Virus record (IMG/VR): IMGVR_UViG_3300011977_000001
Origin: a virus
Length of the DNA: 64,000 bases
Reading direction: 5' to 3' (one strand)
Part shown: piece after piece, positions 1 through 8,736 of the stretch
Position numbering within the stretch: the first letter of the stretch is position 1
Layout of the letters: every line of letters starts with the position of its first letter
Program-made: the position numbers and the translations under genes
The notes under the pieces: model-generated
Database searches by the model: none
Seen by the model: only the letters and a program-made list of their open reading frames with translations
Told to the model about the DNA's origin: nothing

Positions 1-71
1 ACTAAAAGCGCCATCATGCAGAAAGTCCACCGGGCAGTCATTTTTTGAAATTTTATTCGATCGTTTTTCAT
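1..71 (-). CDS. N-terminal fragment of a hypothetical protein running off the left edge
   Basis: ATG at 69-71 sits behind a GAGAGGGGAAAG purine-rich RBS-like run. It reads MKNDRIKFQKMTARWTFCMMALL.. to the window edge (hydrophobic, TM/signal-like). It is truncated, so it is absent from the ORF track. Confidence 0.3.
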   Translation of the reverse strand, partial: MKNDRIKFQKMTARWTFCMMALL

Positions 72-169
72 CGCTTTCCCCTCTCGGCTCAAGCCTTCTG
101 CTCTTGTTTCCTATTCTCAGAGCCGGGAGGACAAAGTACAAGAATCCAGGTGCAAAAGTCTGGACACCA

Positions 170-1300
170 TCACGCACATAATTGATAGAGCTGATACTGG
201 TCCAGCCCGTCTGCACTGTGTTCTTTGCAGAGTATCATTTCTTCATTGACTTTCTTTTCCAGCTGTTTTGAGTCAGTCTTTTTCAGAAGTCCAATAAAGC
301 TCTGATACACCTGCGTACAGTATTCCAGTGTGTACATGCCATGAAGATACCCGTATCGGATACCTGCCAATGATCGTTTAATTCGAAGTGAAGTGGATTT
401 TCTTACATTGATCTGGAACGGTCTGATCTTGAAGCCTACAAACTCACAACCCTGAGCTGCCGGCCTGATACAGGTTTTCTCATTCAGGTCGAGCTGCAGT
501 TCTTCCCTCAGAAAATTGTCAATCAAAGTTTCCCACTGATGCAATTTCTGTTTGCTCTCACTCAGGATGATCACGTCATCCATGTATCGTTCATATAATT
601 TGATTCTCAGCTTCCGCTTGCAATACTGATCAAGCTCATTTAGAAACAGATTTGCGAACATCTGGCTCATCAGGTTCCCAATCGGCATTCCAACTTCAGG
701 AAGCCGGTTCTCCATCGGGACATCCTCTGGCTGCATTCCTCTCGGTAGTCCGAAACACGTGTGTTTGCAATCAATGATACTGAATAGCACACTGAGAAGT
801 CGCTCATCCGCTATGCGCCGTCTGAGAACAGCTTTCAATATTTCATGCGGGATTCTGTAGAAATACTTGCTTATATCAAGTTTGAGATAATATAGGTTCT
901 TACCATCACGGGTTGATTTATCAAGCCACGATTCCAAGCGCAGGATTGCGCTTATCACGCCCCGCCCTGGAATGCAGCCGTAGGAATCATTTATGTATCC
1001 TCGCACAAATATCGGATTCAGCACTTGATATATCGCCCATTGAACGACTCTGTGCTTGAACGCTATCGACATGATGATTCGATATTTCGGTTCATGTATT
1101 TGAAAGATATAATATTTATCAATCTCGTATTCGCCTGAATAAATCTGGTCTCTGAGGTCAGTGACGTTAGTCCAACCATCGTAGTTGAATCTAAGAACAG
1201 GCGGTTCATATCGTCTTCCCCGTGAGGCGTTCTGCAAAGCCTCCCAAAGATTCTCTTTCGAGAATATCTGATCAAAAACGTTCTTTATCTGCTTAGACAC
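170..1300 (-). CDS. DGR reverse transcriptase
   Basis: 376 aa with RT motifs YLKLDISKYFYRIPH, IGNLMSQMFANLFLNELD and catalytic YMDD. The [LIV]GxxxSQ form is typical of DGR RTs, not the group II QGxxxSP form. There is no maturase/endonuclease tail. It lies directly 3' of avd + TR. Confidence 0.9.
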   Translation of the reverse strand: MSKQIKNVFDQIFSKENLWEALQNASRGRRYEPPVLRFNYDGWTNVTDLRDQIYSGEYEIDKYYIFQIHEPKYRIIMSIAFKHRVVQWAIYQVLNPIFVRGYINDSYGCIPGRGVISAILRLESWLDKSTRDGKNLYYLKLDISKYFYRIPHEILKAVLRRRIADERLLSVLFSIIDCKHTCFGLPRGMQPEDVPMENRLPEVGMPIGNLMSQMFANLFLNELDQYCKRKLRIKLYERYMDDVIILSESKQKLHQWETLIDNFLREELQLDLNEKTCIRPAAQGCEFVGFKIRPFQINVRKSTSLRIKRSLAGIRYGYLHGMYTLEYCTQVYQSFIGLLKKTDSKQLEKKVNEEMILCKEHSADGLDQYQLYQLCA

Positions 1301-1540
1301 TTAAATATTCCTATTCGTGCTTAGTGGTTCTCACCATCACTGGTTACTAACGGCTTACACGCTTGCAGCTGTTTTGTTTGTCTCCGCAGCCGCTGGGCTG
1401 TATACGCACACACAGTCCGTCATTTTTCGCATCTTTTCAGCGTGGAAACAGACTCCTTTTCCCCCATCGCACTGAGAAAGAATCCTTAGGCTCTTAATAT
1501 CTGGCTATGCATAGCGTTTCACCATACATCTTGTGTGGGG
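1301..1540 (-). ncRNA. DGR spacer region between TR and RT (expected part of the TR-containing template RNA)
   Basis: 240 nt with no ORF between the TR and the RT start. The position matches the spacer RNA of characterised DGRs. No structure was computed. Confidence 0.4.
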
Positions 1541-1658
1541 TAAAGCCGACCGGAACCCGATGTTGCCGTTCGAGTTCGAGCGAGGGTTGTTCAAGTTGAC
1601 ATAGAACACACCGGCATTGCCCTCATTGTTCCAGTTGCCGCCGCAGTTAGCCACCCGC
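1541..1658 (-). repeat. DGR template repeat (TR)
   Basis: 118 nt aligns without gaps to 2132-2249 (offset 591). All 11 internal mismatches have T on the + strand (A on the coding - strand) in this copy. In the target frame it is rich in Asn AAC/AAT codons. Confidence 0.9.
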
Positions 1659-1678
1659 AATAGCCTGTTCCCTACCGA

Positions 1679-2059
1679 TTATCCTTTTGAAGCCTTTTTC
1701 TTGCTTTCCCACTCCTCCACGATCGTCCGTCTTGCACCCACTAGTCTTCCTATTTCTGTCAAATAGTCGTTCCAGACTTCAAATGTGTGGTGTGAAAAAT
1801 AATGCTCCCTGTCACATATCAGCAGATAATGTTTCAGCTTTGCATTCGCAATGTCCAGGTCTCTCAGGGTAGTCTTCTTAAAATACATTTCATCCGCTTC
1901 AACGGCTCTTTCTAGCATTGTATCCATGCATGATCTCATATCGGATACGATCGTAAACCGTACAGATTTTGGAAATTGGTTGAATGCGTGATACGCATAT
2001 CCCATCATATCCTCAATCTTCAGAAGCGTCTTTTTGTCTTCTTCATTGTTTCTTGCCAT
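1679..2059 (-). CDS. avd: DGR accessory variability determinant (Avd), four-helix-bundle protein
   Basis: 126 aa and basic. Motifs FPKSVRFTIVSDMRS and LDIANAKLKHYLLICDREHYFS...LTEIGRLVG match the Avd / 23S-IVS four-helix-bundle pattern. It sits between target and TR as in the BPP-1 DGR. Confidence 0.85.
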   Translation of the reverse strand: MARNNEEDKKTLLKIEDMMGYAYHAFNQFPKSVRFTIVSDMRSCMDTMLERAVEADEMYFKKTTLRDLDIANAKLKHYLLICDREHYFSHHTFEVWNDYLTEIGRLVGARRTIVEEWESKKKASKG

Positions 2060-2075
2060 AATCGTTTTCTATCCC

Positions 2076-2109
2076 GTGGGGCGGGGCATTCGCTATCGCT
2101 CAGCCCCAC
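2076..2109. other. GC-rich inverted repeat just 3' of the VR / target stop codon
   Basis: GTGGGGC (2076-2082) pairs with GCCCCAC (2103-2109) around a 20-nt loop. It lies between the target stop (2123) and the avd start (2059). Confidence 0.3.
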
Positions 2110-2122
2110 AGGAATCAGGAGC

Positions 2123-3178
2123 TCAGGCAATAAAAGCCGACCGGAACCCGATGCCGCCGTACGAGTTCGAGCGAGGGTCGTTCAAGTAGACAAAGAACAC
2201 ACCGGCAACGCCCTCACTGTTCCAGTCGCCGCCGCAGTCAGCCACCCGCTCGCCCTGGCAGTTCCAGCCATGGTAGTCCCCACCGTAATCCCCGTTAGGT
2301 TCATCCGGATATAGAATCAGCGCTTTGGCCAGCTCAGGAGCTGTAAGCCCACTTTCAATTCCCATTGCTGCGAAAGAAGACCAGTTTGTTACACTTGTAT
2401 CTGGTTTTGCTGTAACGAGTGAATTTGAAGCACCATATTTCAAGGTACCTGCTGTCCCTGGTGTAACCAGTGAACCACTCTTAGAGATTGCTTTCCAAAG
2501 CGTGGAAGAAGATCCAGTATCGCAATCAGCTCCAAGCGCAGCATTGTTATACGGGATGATCTGAATCTCGCCATCAACCAGTCTCAGTCCGGTCTGCCAC
2601 TCCCAGATGTTTCCGTTCAGGTCCTGGATTCCAAATTTCGTATGATCATGTCCCCATGTAGCCGGTCCAGAGCCAGTCAGCACACGATTTATCTTATATG
2701 TATCTCCACTGCCCTCATGAGAGGCTTCCTGACCTTTCTCATACGGGTACGCAGAATCGTGACCGAACTGGTTATTACCATGAGGCATAGTTCCCATCTG
2801 ACGGGTCAGAAGAGCGATTGCAGCCCATTCAGCCTGGCTGGAAAGGTGGAATCCAGCTCCTTTGTTGTCGCAGTAAGTTTTAGCCTGATCATACGTAACA
2901 TATGTAGCCGGGTCTCTCCTGGCCAGGGAATACGCACGTTTGTTGATTACGACATTCTGGTACTTTGAGTAGTAGAAGCAAGGCTTCTCAACTCCGCCAA
3001 CCATGAATGCCGGGTGGACGTTGCTGCTTCCGCCCTTAATCAGCTCAGAATTGAGCATTTTCGGAATCGGTACATAGATTCCAGGCTTGTCCATATCGTC
3101 CATCAGGACAACATTCTCGCCCCCAGACAGTTCAGAGACTGCCGCTGCCATATTGTCATAATTTTCTTTGTAAGCCAT
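2123..3178 (-). CDS. DGR target: tail-fibre / receptor-binding protein with FGE-sulfatase (C-type-lectin fold) C-terminal domain
   Basis: 351 aa. FGE-type motifs are present (GFHLSSQAEWAAIA, GNIWEWQTG). The C-terminus ..CGGDWNSEGVAGVFFVYLNDPRSNSYGGIGFRSAFIA is the usual DGR VR scaffold. It is the last gene of the tail-fibre module. Confidence 0.85.
   Translation of the reverse strand: MAYKENYDNMAAAVSELSGGENVVLMDDMDKPGIYVPIPKMLNSELIKGGSSNVHPAFMVGGVEKPCFYYSKYQNVVINKRAYSLARRDPATYVTYDQAKTYCDNKGAGFHLSSQAEWAAIALLTRQMGTMPHGNNQFGHDSAYPYEKGQEASHEGSGDTYKINRVLTGSGPATWGHDHTKFGIQDLNGNIWEWQTGLRLVDGEIQIIPYNNAALGADCDTGSSSTLWKAISKSGSLVTPGTAGTLKYGASNSLVTAKPDTSVTNWSSFAAMGIESGLTAPELAKALILYPDEPNGDYGGDYHGWNCQGERVADCGGDWNSEGVAGVFFVYLNDPRSNSYGGIGFRSAFIA
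2132..2249 (-). repeat. DGR variable repeat (VR)
   Basis: This covers the last ~39 codons of the target gene. It is identical to the TR except at 11 positions that are all TR adenines on the coding strand, changing 9 codons. Confidence 0.9.
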
Positions 3179-3197
3179 CTGATTCTTTCCCTCCTAG

Positions 3198-3539
3198 TCA
3201 GATTGAGTACAGTTTCAGGGTTACGTTGTCCATGCTGAACGGGACTGCGATTTTCTCCTGAATTACCTTCTGGGAAGTCTCGTCCTCCGGGTCATAGTCC
3301 GGGTTGTCCTTCTCAACCATGTCGTACTGTCTTGCCGGGATCTCGATCTGAGCAACGTACTCTCTCGCCAGGCCGGTGTGAAGAATGCCGTATTCATCGA
3401 TACAAATATCAACTGAAATGTCGTCATCTCTTTCCAACCTTGCCAGGTTGAGTGTGAGCTCGTCATCGCCAAAAGTGATTTTGGTTTTTCTGACCTCGTA
3501 ATCAATCTTTGGTCCTTCATTTACTTCGATTACATTCAT
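3198..3539 (-). CDS. hypothetical tail-fibre-module protein
   Basis: 113-aa ORF tightly packed upstream of the DGR target. No recognisable motif. Confidence 0.6.
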   Translation of the reverse strand: MNVIEVNEGPKIDYEVRKTKITFGDDELTLNLARLERDDDISVDICIDEYGILHTGLAREYVAQIEIPARQYDMVEKDNPDYDPEDETSQKVIQEKIAVPFSMDNVTLKLYSI

Positions 3540-3559
3540 CGAATTTCCCCTTTCCGCCT

Positions 3560-3718
3560 TTATCTCTGGCTTTCGTAAACGGTATTCGTCTTCTGGGCGA
3601 TCTCGTCAGCCATCTCTCTCTGGTGCTGAGTTGCCCGAGACGGGTCAATGCCGTAATTGCGCAGCTCCTGTTCCATCTGCTCTCTGCGCTCATCTGAATA
3701 AATAATTACATTAGCCAT
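3560..3718 (-). CDS. small hypothetical protein (52 aa)
   Basis: Hand-translated as MANVIIYSDERREQMEQELRNYGIDPSRATQHQREMADEIAQKTNTVYESQR. Its ATG overlaps the TGA of the upstream gene (TGATG coupling at 3716-3720). It is below the ORF-track length cutoff. Confidence 0.45.
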   Translation of the reverse strand: MANVIIYSDERREQMEQELRNYGIDPSRATQHQREMADEIAQKTNTVYESQR

Positions 3719-4188
3719 CAGGATGCGTTTCCTCCGTGAACATAGAACTTCACTGTGGCCGAGCTAGCAGAGCCTGTAAACCTTGCCTTGAATCCGTTTA
3801 CCTGCTTGTCGTACACAGCGATGTCGCCGATATTAACGTCTGCAGACTGAATCTCGTAATCCACGATGTAATCCATGGTGTCACGCTTGTTCGTCAGAAC
3901 GATCGTTGTATCGGAATTATTCTGATAGAATCCACCGGTGTTCTTGAGCGTAACGACATGAGTCTCGCCCTTCACATCATTGATGCTTGCTTCGTGGCCG
4001 GTCATGATAGTCGTGAGGTAAGCCAGGAGTTTTGTGTTCGCATCGATTCCGGTTTCCAGGTTGTTGAAATGTTCCTGGTCCATCGGTGTGCCGGTCTGCC
4101 CAATTTCTGGGACATCATCAAGCCAGGTGGTTGGATTGTAATGTTTGTCCCAGTCATTTTCGAGATACGGCTGCTGAATAGTTTCCAT
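3718..4188 (-). CDS. hypothetical tail-fibre-module protein
   Basis: 156-aa ORF with a GAGGAGG RBS upstream. Located in the fibre module. Confidence 0.6.
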   Translation of the reverse strand: METIQQPYLENDWDKHYNPTTWLDDVPEIGQTGTPMDQEHFNNLETGIDANTKLLAYLTTIMTGHEASINDVKGETHVVTLKNTGGFYQNNSDTTIVLTNKRDTMDYIVDYEIQSADVNIGDIAVYDKQVNGFKARFTGSASSATVKFYVHGGNAS

Positions 4189-4231
4189 TCAAGTTTCCTC
4201 CTCTCGTAATTGATAGTTTGCACTATGTAAA

Positions 4232-4247
4232 ATGCACTTCTGTGCGT
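4232..4247 (-). promoter_or_regulatory. copy of the ACGCAC-N-GTGCG palindromic promoter-proximal motif
   Basis: The - sense reads ACGCACAGAAGTGCAT, about 45 nt upstream of the 4188 start. Confidence 0.3.
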
Positions 4248-4275
4248 CTAATAGACATAGAAATGCTTTACACCA

Positions 4276-4584
4276 TCACTGAGTTTCCACGATCGGGAAG
4301 ACGAATTTGTTGACGACTCCCTGCGTTGCTGTACGCTTTGTTGAGATAGTCTGTGAGCCTGCGACATTGCCTCCTACATCGATGATTCGGACCCCGGTGA
4401 TCGTTTCTGTACCGGAACCAATCGGCGGGCAATTAGCCACGATTTCGAGCTGTGAGCCGTTGACCTTCTTTGAGTTGATTGTCGCATCATACCATGAGCC
4501 TCCAACCTGGTATTGAAACTTCACCAGGGAAGCCAGCCAGTGCTCCCTTCTCTTCGCAAGAAAGCTGCTTGACCAGAATTCCAT
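4276..4584 (-). CDS. hypothetical tail/baseplate-module protein
   Basis: 102-aa ORF between the XkdU-like gene and the fibre genes. Confidence 0.55.
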   Translation of the reverse strand: MEFWSSSFLAKRREHWLASLVKFQYQVGGSWYDATINSKKVNGSQLEIVANCPPIGSGTETITGVRIIDVGGNVAGSQTISTKRTATQGVVNKFVFPIVETQ

Positions 4585-4630
4585 CTGTCTTTTCCTCCTT
4601 TACTGGTAATGAGTTGATCTGTCCATTCTG

Positions 4631-5440
4631 TCACTTTGTACCACAGTTTGCTTTGCCGCATACTCTATGCTGGACCACGGCGTTCTGCACCATGAAGTCT
4701 GAATCCGCTTCAGAAGTGACCAAATTTCCAAATGATTGTCTCCCAGGAATCGTGCCTGCTGCAAGCCCTGAAGTCAGTTCGTATGCGTATTCTGCGGCGT
4801 TTTGCTCTTTCAATATGTTTACATCACTCTCACTGCTGCTGCCCAGAATGCTTCGCCATGGCTTTCCGCCTATGAGCTGTGTACCGCTTAGCTTGTACTC
4901 ATAAATTGCTTCCTGTCTGGCTTTTGAGACTTTCACTTTTGTAGTGACCAGTCCCTCAATCTCGAAATCACAGATTGTGTGTGCCGGCTTTGCCATGTTG
5001 ATGAACTTTTCCATCTCGGCCGGCAGGTCTGTATAGTCCGTATGGACCGTAAACCGATTCTTTCCAGTGTTTTCCTCGATCGTTACCTTCGTTCCACCAA
5101 CTGCTGAAAGAATCATCGACACTTTGTACGGGTTAAGTGGAACTTTGAACCGGATTGCAGAGAAGATATTTTTTCGTCTCTGTTCATCTGAAAGAGTTGA
5201 GTTCGTGACGATTCCGTATTCATCTTCGTAATACGGCAGGGACCATGTAGCCGTTGCAATCTGTGACTGAGCGTCAAAGTCGTCCCGGCAGGTATTTGCC
5301 TCGTCCAGAGCCGTTCCGATTGCCTGAAGAAGCCAAAGAAAAACTCTGGCCTCCCCGTAAATCGGACTCATGTAATCGATGATAAGCTGTGCTTCTTCTG
5401 ATGTGAGGATAACCTGCATCAACCTGGTAGGATTCAGCAT
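4631..5440 (-). CDS. baseplate/tail protein, XkdU / DUF2313 (P2 gpI)-like
   Basis: 269 aa directly after the baseplate J-like gene. The LPYYEDEYGI..LSDEQRRKNI region resembles DUF2313. Confidence 0.6.
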   Translation of the reverse strand: MLNPTRLMQVILTSEEAQLIIDYMSPIYGEARVFLWLLQAIGTALDEANTCRDDFDAQSQIATATWSLPYYEDEYGIVTNSTLSDEQRRKNIFSAIRFKVPLNPYKVSMILSAVGGTKVTIEENTGKNRFTVHTDYTDLPAEMEKFINMAKPAHTICDFEIEGLVTTKVKVSKARQEAIYEYKLSGTQLIGGKPWRSILGSSSESDVNILKEQNAAEYAYELTSGLAAGTIPGRQSFGNLVTSEADSDFMVQNAVVQHRVCGKANCGTK

Positions 5441-5446
5441 TTACCA

Positions 5447-6571
5447 TCACCCCCTGGTTTCCGTAAACGTAAGGATCTCGACAATCGGTGACTCATACTT
5501 TGCGATCGGGATATTCTCGGATTTTCCGTTGATCGTCAGCCCAGTAAAGTCGTACACACCAGAAATATCTCCCAGAATGTTTGCAACCTTCTGGTATCGG
5601 ACCTCTCCGTCTGAGATTGCTGTAGGATAATATTGCTGCATAGCATTCGTAAACGCCTTTTCTACGTCTGTAACCGATGTACCATTGAGCTCCAGGGCCG
5701 CTGTTACGGTCAGTTTGACCGGTGTCGGAGGAACTACGTACAGATTAGCGTTGATCGGAGCAAGCCGCTCATACGGGTTGTCAGGGCGCATGATGTAGTT
5801 ATAGACATTCTTGCAGAGCGTATCTGTTGCAGGGGATCCATTACCATCCGTGATAACAATCGTCACCAGGCCAGAGTCGTCAGTCGCCGGGATTATGATC
5901 GCACTTCCTACACCATCGACTTCGTTCGCCCACCTGGTGTAATCGGAAATAGTTCCGGAGTAAGACGTTGTTCTCGACTGGTCAAAGTACAGAATACGCT
6001 CTCTGTAAGCGTCATCTTCCTCTATATCCGTTCCTCCGGTCATCGCCTCATTGTTCGTACAGGTCGTTACACCATCATCTGAATCTTCCACGATGATGAT
6101 CTTCCCTGCTGTACAGTTTCCGACTGTTCCTGTCTCTGCGCACACGACATTGACTTCTACCGTTCCAGTGTCTGGAATCGTATATTCACCATCAGAAGCG
6201 TAAGAAACGCTCGGTATCGTTCCAATTCCCTCAGTCGCAAACAGGTCTCCTTCCAGGATCACCGTTCCCGGATCTCCCGTAATCGTCAGTTTCCCGCTGG
6301 CAGCAGTCGGCTGCTTTCTCGGCAGCCCCCGTGCCTCGCCATGATAGTCCAAGGCTTCTCCTTCTGCGAACTGCGGCCAAATCTGCTGAAAGAGATAATC
6401 CAAGTCGAACTGTTTCATCCGTTCCACTTCTACTGCAGTCGGGTGCAGCAGGTCATATGCGACTGAGCCCTCTGAAACATCAATATCAATAGGCATGTCT
6501 TCAACCATGCGTTTCATAATATCGGTCTCGTCCGCATCCGTAAGCAAGTCCGGAGTTGTGTATTCTTTCAT
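5447..6571 (-). CDS. baseplate J-like protein (XkdT / P2 gpJ-like)
   Basis: 374 aa. Position and overall pattern (N-terminal DLL..DE..I...M, large beta-rich middle) match Baseplate_J proteins of PBSX-like tails. Confidence 0.75.
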   Translation of the reverse strand: MKEYTTPDLLTDADETDIMKRMVEDMPIDIDVSEGSVAYDLLHPTAVEVERMKQFDLDYLFQQIWPQFAEGEALDYHGEARGLPRKQPTAASGKLTITGDPGTVILEGDLFATEGIGTIPSVSYASDGEYTIPDTGTVEVNVVCAETGTVGNCTAGKIIIVEDSDDGVTTCTNNEAMTGGTDIEEDDAYRERILYFDQSRTTSYSGTISDYTRWANEVDGVGSAIIIPATDDSGLVTIVITDGNGSPATDTLCKNVYNYIMRPDNPYERLAPINANLYVVPPTPVKLTVTAALELNGTSVTDVEKAFTNAMQQYYPTAISDGEVRYQKVANILGDISGVYDFTGLTINGKSENIPIAKYESPIVEILTFTETRG

Positions 6572-6572
6572 A

Positions 6573-7163
6573 TCAGCCTCCTAATTCTCCTGCGTCATAC
6601 ACAGTGCTCACATCGATCTTCAGATTCTCAAAGCCTGAGATTTCTGTGGATGCTTCCACCGCATCAGGCGCAATCCAGTTGAAATTGATCGAGTCTACAT
6701 GAGCGGTCCGACCATACGGGTCTGCTTCCAGTGCGCCTTTGATCTCACTTCTCAGGATTTCTTCTGCCTCTGCCCTGGACGTTGCTGAGAAAGCCGCTTC
6801 TACGTCCACTCCCATCTGATCAGAGTAATCGTCACACTGGTATCTTGGGGTCGCCAGAGCCTTTTTACACCAGTTCAGCCAGGCTTCGTCAGGCTCACAG
6901 ATGACAATGTTACCTCCGCCATTGAGAACCAAATCGGTGTCAAATTTGAGGCCAGGAAGGTATGTTGCCTCGTCTGTCGTTGCGGCATTTGCATCGGAGT
7001 TCTCGTCAGCTGCCTCTTCGTCCTCTTCTTCTAGTTCTTCGATTGCGGCTGCATCTTCCTCGTTCGGTCCAGGGATTAGACCATCACCGCTCTGATCGCT
7101 TTCTTCTTCATCTGCGGCATCATCTATCAGCTCTTCATCCAGAGTTTCATCGTCTTCTCCCAC
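6573..7163 (-). CDS. baseplate wedge protein, XkdS / DUF2634-like, with acidic N-terminal tract
   Basis: 196 aa. The C-terminal half (WLNWCKKALATPRYQCDDYSDQMGVDVE...) resembles DUF2634. The N-terminal ~65 aa are D/E-rich. Confidence 0.55.
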   Translation of the reverse strand: MGEDDETLDEELIDDAADEEESDQSGDGLIPGPNEEDAAAIEELEEEDEEAADENSDANAATTDEATYLPGLKFDTDLVLNGGGNIVICEPDEAWLNWCKKALATPRYQCDDYSDQMGVDVEAAFSATSRAEAEEILRSEIKGALEADPYGRTAHVDSINFNWIAPDAVEASTEISGFENLKIDVSTVYDAGELGG

Positions 7164-7200
7164 TGCTGCACCTCCTTTTCTCTATTTACCATCGATTTCC

Positions 7201-7452
7201 TCACAGCTTTGCTACGATCACCGGTTCCCCGGAAGCCCAGCTCACTACGACTCGATTTCCCACTGAGAGTTTGACTCCGGAAGCGGTTGAATAGCCTTTT
7301 CTCGGAATCGTAACCCCCAGTGAATCCATCTTTAGCTTATGACCTGATACTATCACGCCCTGTTCTACGGATACATTGTTGTGGTACGATGCCGTACCAT
7401 GCATCCGCTTTGAAAGAATCTGGGCAAGCCTGGTCGTTCCTTTCGAAACCAT
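7201..7452 (-). CDS. small baseplate protein, XkdR / DUF2577-like
   Basis: 83 aa. GNRVVVSWASGEPVIVAKL at the C-terminus, together with size and position, matches XkdR-type proteins. Confidence 0.55.
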   Translation of the reverse strand: MVSKGTTRLAQILSKRMHGTASYHNNVSVEQGVIVSGHKLKMDSLGVTIPRKGYSTASGVKLSVGNRVVVSWASGEPVIVAKL

Positions 7453-7478
7453 TTTCTTCTCCTTTCCAGCATTTCAGC

Positions 7479-8732
7479 TTATCGATAAAGCACAAATACT
7501 TCGCCAGGATAGATTTTGTCGATATTTCCACCACTCCACTTATTCAATGTTGCAGCATTGTTCCTCTTGAACTTGCTGAAGTCAGCCGTTGTTGGGTAAC
7601 GTCCTAAGAATTTTCTCAGGATCCCTGTTACGGTGTCTCCGCTCTTTACCTTGTATTTGACTCCCTTGCCTTTGTTCGAGTTCTTTTTCTTTGAGGTCTT
7701 TTTGCTAGACTTCTTTGCGGACGGTCCTGTAATTCCTGTTGCACTGCAGGTCTCTATATCCATCTCCTGCTTATCGGCATTGTGTTCTATATCCGTGATG
7801 ATCTGGTATCCGTGGAACGTATCGGTTTTGAGGTATATCCGATCTCCCCTTTTCACCATCGGAATGTCAATGCAGGTGATCGTTCCGGTCTTCTTCGGTT
7901 TCGACTTCTCTTTCAGAATATAATTTGCCTCTTTCGTGGCCTTTTTCTTAGAAGTCTTTTTATCCTTGCTGATTTCATCTTGCAGCCGGCCATAGATTTT
8001 TACATTTTTCTTGACCGTCTTAACGATTTTCGGCTTTCCGCTTTTCGATGCCGGTCCCTGGATAACGACCTGAGTCACGACTTCATCCATCGTGGTTTCC
8101 ATCTCGACTTTTACGGCGTTTTCCTTCTTCTTGATGTTGTAAATTGTGGCATTTGTACCGGTTCCGGTTACATGAAGCGTATTGCCTTTGAAGTAAATTT
8201 CGTACTTCTTCCCGGTCTGCTTCTTTACTTCATCCAAAAAGTCCAGGAAAGTATCTGACAGGCACTTTGACCGGATTGCCCGTTTGTCGTGTTTGATCGA
8301 TTTGTAATTGTAGGAAAGTCCGATTCCCCACTTCTTACACATCTTCTTGAAGATACTCTTTGTCTGTCCGCCCAGATACCATGATGCCTTGCTCTTCTGC
8401 AAATAGATAGCGTAGTCGTAAATCAGAATCTGAAGAACATTTTCATCTGACTCAGATATTTTTACTGTCCATACCAGGCCCCTCATCTTTTCTTTCGGCC
8501 CGGAGCCCACATTGTAATAAACGTAGGCTTTGCAGTTGACTTTGATAATGTCACTTAGATATTTGCTTCCAACCATCAGGTTCACTAGATCCACCTGGCA
8601 CTTCTGAGCGATCTGCTTATCTGGCTGCGCTACACTGCAATTCATCATTGCATTATCGAGCTTGTAGATTCTTCCACCTGACACCACTTTTACGGTGTAT
8701 CGTGGGTCTAACATACTTGCCATCAGGCCCAC
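7479..8732 (-). CDS. baseplate hub-like protein (XkdQ / gpD-like) with C-terminal LysM-like module
   Basis: 417 aa. The C-terminus YKVKSGDTVTGILRKFLG...SGGNIDKIYPGEVFVL is LysM-like. Position follows the XkdP-like gene. Confidence 0.55.
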   Translation of the reverse strand: MGLMASMLDPRYTVKVVSGGRIYKLDNAMMNCSVAQPDKQIAQKCQVDLVNLMVGSKYLSDIIKVNCKAYVYYNVGSGPKEKMRGLVWTVKISESDENVLQILIYDYAIYLQKSKASWYLGGQTKSIFKKMCKKWGIGLSYNYKSIKHDKRAIRSKCLSDTFLDFLDEVKKQTGKKYEIYFKGNTLHVTGTGTNATIYNIKKKENAVKVEMETTMDEVVTQVVIQGPASKSGKPKIVKTVKKNVKIYGRLQDEISKDKKTSKKKATKEANYILKEKSKPKKTGTITCIDIPMVKRGDRIYLKTDTFHGYQIITDIEHNADKQEMDIETCSATGITGPSAKKSSKKTSKKKNSNKGKGVKYKVKSGDTVTGILRKFLGRYPTTADFSKFKRNNAATLNKWSGGNIDKIYPGEVFVLYR

Positions 8733-8736
8733 CTCC

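Noticed and set aside
170-1300. RT ORF as a group II intron maturase or a retron RT
   Set aside because: There is no maturase (X) or endonuclease domain. The [LIV]GxxxSQ motif is present instead of QGxxxSP. An Avd gene and a TR/VR pair with adenine-only mismatches lie immediately upstream. No intron-like domain V/VI sequence or msr/msd-type repeats were noticed.
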